A DNA stretch of 24,179 bases from a virus. Its lineage: Duplodnaviria; Heunggongvirae; Uroviricota; Caudoviricetes. The notes below the pieces were generated by a model, which saw only the letters and a program-made list of their open reading frames with translations, was not told where the DNA came from and searched no databases. The position numbers were made by a program, and so were the translations under genes. Of this stretch, positions 19,358 through 24,179 are shown piece after piece (position 1 is the first letter of the stretch; each line of letters begins with the position of its first letter). The stretch is taken from IMG/VR virus record IMGVR_UViG_2711768048_000001, one strand, 5' to 3'.

Positions 19358-19406
19358 GGGGCGGGCAGTCCGGAAGACGTCAGGTCACAGAGATTTGACC
19401 CGCCCC
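19358..19406. other. Candidate cos region: inverted GGGGCGGG repeats flanking a 33-bp spacer that contains GACGTC
   Basis: ggggcggg at 19358..19365 and its reverse complement cccgcccc at 19399..19406, in the HNH-terS intergenic region where HK97-type phages place cos; an A-tract lies to the left. Confidence 0.35.
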
Positions 19407-19432
19407 TCCCCTCAGGCAGTTGAGAATCATTA

Positions 19433-19783
19433 TCACTTCAACCGTTCACGGGCCGTCTTCGCCTTATGACACGGCCAGCACAGACTCTGCAGATTACAGT
19501 CGGCATCAGTGCCGCCATGCGCTTTAGGGATGATGTGGTCAACGGTTTTCGCCTCACGTACCACACCACCACGCAGACATAACTGACACAGGCCTTTGTC
19601 ACGCTTCAGTACACGTTCACGGATAGCATCCCATTTCGAACCGTAGCCGCGCTGATGACGGGACTGGCCTGGCTTGTATTGCCTCCAGCCTTCGCTTTTG
19701 TGGCTTTCGCAGTAGCCTGACGGGTCTGTGGTGGTATGGCGGCAGCCACGAACACGGCAGGCTTTTGGGATTCGTGATGGCAT
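19433..19783 (-). CDS. HNH endonuclease (packaging-associated)
   Basis: C-terminal HNH motif (…TVDHIIPKAHGGTDADCNLQSLCWPCHKAK…) plus an upstream Cys/His cluster. Likely start is the ATG at 19783 with a GGAG ribosome-binding site; the track ORF extends to 19882. Confidence 0.8.
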   Translation of the reverse strand: MPSRIPKACRVRGCRHTTTDPSGYCESHKSEGWRQYKPGQSRHQRGYGSKWDAIRERVLKRDKGLCQLCLRGGVVREAKTVDHIIPKAHGGTDADCNLQSLCWPCHKAKTARERLK

Positions 19784-19870
19784 ATGTACTCCAATGAAGA
19801 AGCCACCGACATAGCCTCCTCCATTCATCGTGAAACTATTTTCATCTACCCAGTAATGAATTCTTTGTAG

Positions 19871-19925
19871 AGTTGTGATCAATACAACTCACTAATGGAG
19901 AGGCTTGTCCAACACGTTGGACAAG
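19871..19925. repeat. Two adjacent perfect inverted repeats (gagttgt-N7-acaactc and cttgtccaac-ac-gttggacaag)
   Basis: Read directly at 19871..19891 and 19904..19925; no convincing U-tract on either strand. Confidence 0.6.
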
Positions 19926-20005
19926 TTTCCTGTTTGATTTACTGGACACTATAGAAGGACAGAATGCCTTCATCACTCGAATAACATCAATTAAGGAGGT
20001 TCAAC

Positions 20006-20128
20006 ATGTTTCATTCCACAAATCATCAGGCTGTAATTATGGCTGCATCAGCTTGTGCCACAGACCTTTTCCGCTTCACTTTGAGCCTGATTCATTTCTA
20101 CCTGACCGGCTCGCCTCTATCTTTTTAA
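20006..20128 (+). CDS. Small hydrophobic ORF (40 aa) with a consensus Shine-Dalgarno sequence, unknown function
   Basis: AAGGAGG at 19993..19999, 6-nt spacer, ATG at 20006. Translation MFHSTNHQAVIMAASACATDLFRFTLSLIHFYLTGSPLSF. Same strand as bor and upstream of it. Confidence 0.4.
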   Translation: MFHSTNHQAVIMAASACATDLFRFTLSLIHFYLTGSPLSF

Positions 20129-20308
20129 TCCCCGCTTTATCCAAATTGCATTGCCAGAATGCCGACAACAGACTGACATTCAAATCCTGACTACCTCCAA
20201 TAGTCTGACCGTACACCTATATAGTTTTAATTTTCATCAATCCATTTAACTATCGTTTAATTGTTGTCACATAGGATTCTGCCGTTTTTAACAATGCAGG
20301 ATAATAAG

Positions 20309-20602
20309 ATGAAAAAAATGTTGTTTTCTGCCGCTCTGGCAATGCTTATTACAGGATGTGCTCAACAGACGTTTACTGTTGGAAACAAACCGACAGCAGT
20401 AACACCAAAGGAAACCATCACCCATCATTTCTTCGTTTCGGGAATTGGACAGGAGAAAACTGTTGATGCAGCCAAAATTTGTGGCGGCGCAGAAAATGTG
20501 GTTAAAACAGAAACCCAGCAAACATTCGTAAATGGATTGCTCGGTTTTATTACTTTAGGCATTTATACTCCGCTGGAAGCGCGGGTGTATTGCTCACAAT
20601 AA
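20309..20602 (+). CDS. bor: Bor lipoprotein (lambda Bor / Iss family, serum-resistance moron)
   Basis: 97 aa MKKMLFSAALAMLITGCAQQTFTV… with lipobox LITGC; close to lambda Bor as I remember it; convergent with Rz, as in lambda. Confidence 0.9.
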   Translation: MKKMLFSAALAMLITGCAQQTFTVGNKPTAVTPKETITHHFFVSGIGQEKTVDAAKICGGAENVVKTETQQTFVNGLLGFITLGIYTPLEARVYCSQ

Positions 20603-20613
20603 TTGCATGAGTT

Positions 20614-20631
20614 GCCCATCGATATGGGCAG
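20614..20631. terminator. Hairpin between the convergent bor and Rz genes (possible bidirectional terminator)
   Basis: tgcccat-cgat-atgggca; overlaps the last Rz codons; no strong U-tract. Confidence 0.25.
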
Positions 20632-20633
20632 CG

Positions 20634-21095
20634 CTATCTGCACTGCTCATTAATATACTTCTGGGTTCCTTCCAGTTGTTTTTGCATAGTGATCAGCCTC
20701 TCTCTGAGGGTGAAATAATCCCGTTCAGCGGTGTCTGCCAGTCGGGGGGAGGCTGCATTATCCACGCCGGAGGCGGTGGTGGCTTCACGCACTGACTGAC
20801 AGACTGCTTTGATGTGCAACCGACGACGACCAGCGGCAACATCATCACGCAGAGCATCATTTTCAGCTTTCGCATCAGCTAACTCCTTCGTGTATTTTGC
20901 ATCGAGCGCAGCAACATCACGCTGACGCATCTGCATGTCAGTAATTGTCGAGTTCGCCAGCTTCAGTTCTCTGGCATTTTTGTCGCGCTGGGCTTTGTAG
21001 GTAATGGCGTTATCGCGGTAATGATTAACAGCCCATGACAAGCAAACGATGATGCAGATAACCAGAGCGGAAATAATCGCGGTTACTCTGCTCAT
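20634..21095 (-). CDS. Rz: Rz i-spanin
   Basis: 153 aa, essentially the lambda Rz sequence ([48 protein letters not shown]…). Confidence 0.9.
   Translation of the reverse strand: MSRVTAIISALVICIIVCLSWAVNHYRDNAITYKAQRDKNARELKLANSTITDMQMRQRDVAALDAKYTKELADAKAENDALRDDVAAGRRRLHIKAVCQSVREATTASGVDNAASPRLADTAERDYFTLRERLITMQKQLEGTQKYINEQCR
20693..20875 (-). CDS. Rz1: Rz1 o-spanin lipoprotein, embedded in the +1 frame of Rz
   Basis: 60 aa [47 protein letters not shown]… with a lipobox and proline-rich region, as in lambda Rz1. Confidence 0.85.
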   Translation of the reverse strand: MRKLKMMLCVMMLPLVVVGCTSKQSVSQCVKPPPPPAWIMQPPPDWQTPLNGIISPSERG

Positions 21096-21568
21096 ACCTC
21101 AATCTCTCTGACCGTTCCGCCTGCTTCTTTGAATTTTGCAATCAGGCTGTCAGCCTTATGCTCGAACTGACCATAACCAGCGCCCGGCAGTGAAGCCCAG
21201 ATATTGCTGCAACGGTCAATTGCCTGACGAATATCACCGCGATCAATCATCGGTAAAGCGCCACGCTCTTTAATCTGCTGCAATGCCACAGCGTCTTGGC
21301 TTTTCGGAGAGAAGTCTTTCAGGCCAAGCTGCTTACGATAGGAATCCCACCAACGGGAAAGAAGCTGGTAGCGCCCGGCTGCTGTTGATTTGAGTTTTGG
21401 GTTTAGCGTGACAAGTTTGCGAGGGTGATCGGAGTAATCAGTAAATAGCTCTCCGCCTACAATGACGTCATAACCATGATTTCTGGTTTTCTGCCGTCCG
21501 TTATCCGTTCCTTCTGACCATGCCACCATATCGAGGAAAGCCTTACGCTGAGGATTAAGATTTTGCAT
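21092..21568 (-). CDS. R: Endolysin R (lambda-type lytic transglycosylase)
   Basis: 158 aa; …[64 protein letters not shown]… matches lambda R except for the first ~7 residues. Confidence 0.9.
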   Translation of the reverse strand: MQNLNPQRKAFLDMVAWSEGTDNGRQKTRNHGYDVIVGGELFTDYSDHPRKLVTLNPKLKSTAAGRYQLLSRWWDSYRKQLGLKDFSPKSQDAVALQQIKERGALPMIDRGDIRQAIDRCSNIWASLPGAGYGQFEHKADSLIAKFKEAGGTVREIEV

Positions 21569-21872
21569 TTTTCACCCCTGTCAGTCGTTCCCAGAAGTAC
21601 GTCAGTGCAACCGAACCCATCGCACCACTAATCCCCGCTGTCGCGAGAATCATGTAAATACTGAATCCACTTTCGATGCTGATCAGGCCACCAATAACAC
21701 CGGTGAATCCTGATACCACTATCTGAGCCAGAGCATTTATCCAACTCCACGTTGCTTTACTCTGCTTCACATCTATCAGGTAGCGGACCAGACCGCCCCA
21801 ACCTGCGATGATCAGCAAAACGAGCCAGAACGCTCCGGCAAGGCTCTCTTTTTCGTGCATATGAATAGCCAA
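21555..21872 (-). CDS. Holin (not the lambda S sequence; 2-3 predicted transmembrane segments)
   Basis: Sits at the holin position immediately upstream of and overlapping R; hydrophobic segments with a charged C-terminus. The track start is TTG at 21872; an in-frame ATG at 21860 (MHEKESL…) is an alternative. Confidence 0.6.
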   Translation of the reverse strand: MAIHMHEKESLAGAFWLVLLIIAGWGGLVRYLIDVKQSKATWSWINALAQIVVSGFTGVIGGLISIESGFSIYMILATAGISGAMGSVALTYFWERLTGVKNAKS

Positions 21873-21974
21873 TATTTCGCCGCCGACAAAAGGCCGGGAC
21901 GTTAAATGTCAGAAATCAGGCTCACGGGGTAATTTAACGACAAAGCACGGAGTTGATGCTCCCCGCAAGCCTGG

Positions 21975-22000
21975 AATAAAAAAGCCAGCATGTAGCTGGC
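21975..22000 (-). terminator. Rho-independent terminator, candidate tR' (end of a 6S-like short late transcript)
   Basis: Minus strand GCCAGC-tacat-GCTGGC followed by TTTTTTATT, about 140 nt downstream of the candidate pR'. Confidence 0.5.
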
Positions 22001-22122
22001 AACAGAGGGTTAAGCAATATCAACTCAACAGCTGAAGACACCCTGTCTGGGGTAGGTTGGAAGGCTACTCACCGTCCAGAAACAGAAAAGCCCAAAGTTT
22101 TAAACCTCGGGCTTGAATTTGG

Positions 22123-22151
22123 ATTACTGCCAGTGCGTACAACATTGGCAA
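22123..22151 (-). promoter_or_regulatory. Candidate late promoter pR' (-35 TTGCCA, 17 bp, -10 AGTAAT) with adjacent qut-region hairpin
   Basis: Minus strand TTGCCA (plus 22146..22151), 17-bp spacer, AGTAAT (plus 22123..22128), about 30 bp downstream of the Q-like stop; a hairpin follows at about 22089..22113. Confidence 0.35.
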
Positions 22152-22181
22152 AATATCAGATTTACACGAAATATATGCTTT

Positions 22182-22871
22182 TTAATCCAGTTTTGCAATA
22201 CTTTGCTGTGAAAATGTCGTCTTTTGTTTTGAACGTGTTTTCGTTAAAAGCAATAAAGCTTGGCTATCAAGCTGTAGAAAAATGTGCTTCATTGCAACCC
22301 AGCGTTCAGTAAATGTCTCAGACCAGTTTTTTGATGTCACTCCCACCAGTGATGCCAGCTCCTGGTATTCATAGGTCTTACGCCCTGCCAGCTCGTTCTT
22401 CACATCCTGTGCCGCCAGCCAGATCAACTTCTTCAAACGTTCCAGTGTCTTACCTGCAATTTTTCTGGTACCCAACAGAGTCTTAAACTCGCTCCATGCC
22501 CACTGCGTTATGGCAACCTGATGCTCCCAGCGAACACTTTCGCTGTAACTCCACAGCAACCACGCTTTCTGATGTTCATCAAGAGACAGAACCGCGCGGC
22601 GCCATGAAGAGGTTGAGAACTCAACCTGGCTGACCAGTGCAATGGATGAACCTTTTGCGTACGACTGCTTACCGGAAATCGGCGGATTATCCAGCGTAAT
22701 CATCCTGCCAGTTACCTCATCCAGAATGCGCGGCTTCTTTCGTTTGTATGTACCAGTATCAAATTGAGCATGCTCCAGCCAGGCTTCAAGCTGGCCTTTC
22801 GTTACTCCGCTCAAATCAGCGGTAGCCACCATGAGTTGCTCGCGAACATACTGTAAATATTGGATATTCAT
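22182..22871 (-). CDS. Putative late-gene antiterminator Q (non-lambda type; assigned by synteny)
   Basis: 229 aa in the slot between ylcG/rusA and the lysis cassette. It contains no cysteine, so it cannot be a lambda-Q-type zinc-finger protein. Confidence 0.45.
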   Translation of the reverse strand: MNIQYLQYVREQLMVATADLSGVTKGQLEAWLEHAQFDTGTYKRKKPRILDEVTGRMITLDNPPISGKQSYAKGSSIALVSQVEFSTSSWRRAVLSLDEHQKAWLLWSYSESVRWEHQVAITQWAWSEFKTLLGTRKIAGKTLERLKKLIWLAAQDVKNELAGRKTYEYQELASLVGVTSKNWSETFTERWVAMKHIFLQLDSQALLLLTKTRSKQKTTFSQQSIAKLD

Positions 22872-23008
22872 GCGGCAGCTCCTTTCAGTGTTTTGGCGTA
22901 ATTCTTCAGTATTCGGTAATCGGTCAAAACAGAACCGGGAAAACGATATAAGCGCAGGCGCACCCAGCGGCGGCGAAGACGTTCTGCCATATAAGACTCA
23001 AACATCAT
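22868..23008 (-). CDS. ylcG: YlcG-like small protein (46 aa)
   Basis: Not in the track. ATG overlaps the rusA stop; its stop overlaps the Q ATG. Translation [46 protein letters not shown]. Same position as DLP12 ylcG. Confidence 0.6.
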   Translation of the reverse strand: MMFESYMAERLRRRWVRLRLYRFPGSVLTDYRILKNYAKTLKGAAA

Positions 23009-23367
23009 TCATCTCCCAGTTCGGTGATGGTCAGCTCCAGCTTCCCACCTTTGGTAACGGGCATCTTCACAACGCGATAATCAACGACCTGAGCATCATC
23101 CAACCAGAAACCTGCTTTGGTGAGTGCGTCAAAAGCGGCCTTTTGTAGATTATCCAGGTCACGGCGACGGCGATCCGGCATGTGACACTCAATGCGGATT
23201 TTCACTGGCATAGCCAGGCCGATATCCAGCATTGCGTTTTTAATGATTTGAGCGACGTTATCGCGGTATGCCTGCCCCTCTGCGCTGACGTGCGTGCGCC
23301 CGCGATTATGGCGGTAATAGCGATTATTGCTCGGAGGCCAGGGTAATGTGATGCTGTAGGTATTCAC
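23005..23367 (-). CDS. rusA: Holliday junction resolvase RusA
   Basis: 120 aa [39 protein letters not shown]…, near-identical to my recollection of E. coli DLP12 RusA. Confidence 0.9.
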   Translation of the reverse strand: MNTYSITLPWPPSNNRYYRHNRGRTHVSAEGQAYRDNVAQIIKNAMLDIGLAMPVKIRIECHMPDRRRRDLDNLQKAAFDALTKAGFWLDDAQVVDYRVVKMPVTKGGKLELTITELGDE

Positions 23368-23654
23368 GCCTTAATAACCCCCTCTTTCAGCCAGATAACC
23401 TGTGTTCTCGCCATACCTTCCAGCGCGCATTCTTTTGCATATGCAGCATCGACAAAATGTGTGCGGCGGTCGATTTCGTCGTGGCAGGCAGAACATGCAA
23501 TGGTGGCAATCAGGTCTGGCGGTTTCGTACCGGTGCCGCACAATCCAGTCAGCCGGATATGTGCCAGTACAGACGTTTCAGGGTTGCCATTACATACGCC
23601 AGGGATTCTTACCTGGCATTCCCGACCACGCGCTGCTTTTCTCAAATCAGCCAT
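23364..23654 (-). CDS. ybcO: YbcO-like protein (DUF1364; Cys-rich putative nuclease)
   Basis: Start taken at the ATG at 23654 ([14 protein letters not shown]…) with AAGGAGG upstream, giving 96 aa; the track ORF extends further. Sits immediately upstream of rusA, as in DLP12. Confidence 0.7.
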   Translation of the reverse strand: MADLRKAARGRECQVRIPGVCNGNPETSVLAHIRLTGLCGTGTKPPDLIATIACSACHDEIDRRTHFVDAAYAKECALEGMARTQVIWLKEGVIKA

Positions 23655-23817
23655 GACTCCTCCTTGCTGCCAGTCGCAACCATTTTTTATCAACCAGGCT
23701 GGCGGTATATCCGAGCAGTGTTGGTATTTCGGAAGGCTTCAGCTCCGGTTTACGCTTACGACGATTTGGTACTCTGTAGATGTGTCCGTTCATGACACGA
23801 ATAAGCGGTGTAGCCAT
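23647..23817 (-). CDS. ninE: NinE-like protein (56 aa)
   Basis: Not in the track. Translation [56 protein letters not shown]; its start overlaps the upstream gene's stop and its stop overlaps the ybcO ATG. Confidence 0.6.
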   Translation of the reverse strand: MATPLIRVMNGHIYRVPNRRKRKPELKPSEIPTLLGYTASLVDKKWLRLAARRSHG

Positions 23818-24179
23818 TACGCCTCCTGTTTGTCGCGGAGCTGCTGGAACTCGCTGCTCTGCGGAATAGTCAGGTGGCAGCCAATATTCATCGCCCAGGC
23901 TTCAACCTTACACAGGAAGACATACATCTCTCCGGTATCAAGATCGGAGGTATGGCGTAACGACTGGATAGTGGTGATATCACCGGTTACGACATCAACC
24001 AGGTCTTTGGTTTCATAACCGAGATATGTGTGTTTGAGAGCATCTTTTACCCAAGCTGGAGTGGCGAACGTTTTACCCCTGCTGATGAGGTATTCACTGA
24101 TTTCGCTGTACCACATGTGGCTGAGTGCATTCTGGGAAAGACTGCGTTTCTCACGCCACGGTTTAAGCACCATGCGAAA
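23817..24179 (-). CDS. NinB/YbcN-family protein (N-terminus probably beyond the window edge)
   Basis: …KRSLSQNALSHMWYSEISEYL… resembles the RSLDQNRKLW motif region of lambda NinB; the frame stays open to the window end. Confidence 0.55.
   Translation of the reverse strand, partial: FRMVLKPWREKRSLSQNALSHMWYSEISEYLISRGKTFATPAWVKDALKHTYLGYETKDLVDVVTGDITTIQSLRHTSDLDTGEMYVFLCKVEAWAMNIGCHLTIPQSSEFQQLRDKQEA

Noticed and set aside
19784-19882. N-terminal extension of the HNH ORF (track start at 19882)
   Set aside because: The internal ATG at 19783 has a proper ribosome-binding site and the extension adds a Gly-rich segment without motifs; the shorter gene is the likely real one.
20288-20521. Minus-strand 77-aa ORF overlapping bor
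   Set aside because: Antisense to bor, which matches lambda Bor closely; no ribosome-binding site.
23655-23693. N-terminal extension of the ybcO ORF (track start at 23693)
   Set aside because: It would overlap ninE by 47 nt, whereas the internal ATG at 23654 has an AAGGAGG ribosome-binding site and overlaps the ninE stop in the usual coupled manner.
1-24179. CRISPR arrays, tRNA/rRNA genes, integrase/att sites
   Set aside because: No direct-repeat/spacer periodicity and no tRNA-like or rRNA-like stretches were noticed by eye; no integrase-like ORF is in the window. Not verified computationally.

Overview
This window is about 24 kb of a mosaic temperate-phage (prophage) genome, encoded almost entirely on the minus strand, with a partial IS1 element at the left edge. 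All calls come from reading the sequence and ORF track against remembered protein families; no database search or computation was run, and coordinates of hairpins and motifs were counted by hand. In phage order (right to left) the window holds: a lambda/DLP12-like nin region (NinB/YbcN-like, ninE, ybcO, rusA, ylcG); a Q-like late regulator with a candidate pR'/tR' region; a lysis cassette (non-lambda holin, near-lambda R, Rz, embedded Rz1) with bor on the opposite strand; an HK97-type packaging and head module (HNH endonuclease, small and large terminase, portal, prohead protease, major capsid protein, connector proteins); and a Mu-like contractile tail (sheath, tube, frameshifted chaperone pair, tape measure, DNA-circularisation protein, baseplate gp44-48 homologues, StfP-like fibre and tail-fibre assembly genes). 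The architecture resembles SfV-like phages and the E. coli e14 element. The strongest candidate for something undescribed is an AT-rich 176-aa moron (6891..7421) with its own promoter and terminator and an N-terminal signal or anchor sequence, inserted between the DNA-circularisation and tape-measure genes. Other points worth a second look are the IS1 truncation of the tail-fibre cassette, a 40-aa ORF with a perfect Shine-Dalgarno sequence upstream of bor, two adjacent palindromes, a candidate cos site, and a -1 frameshift site.
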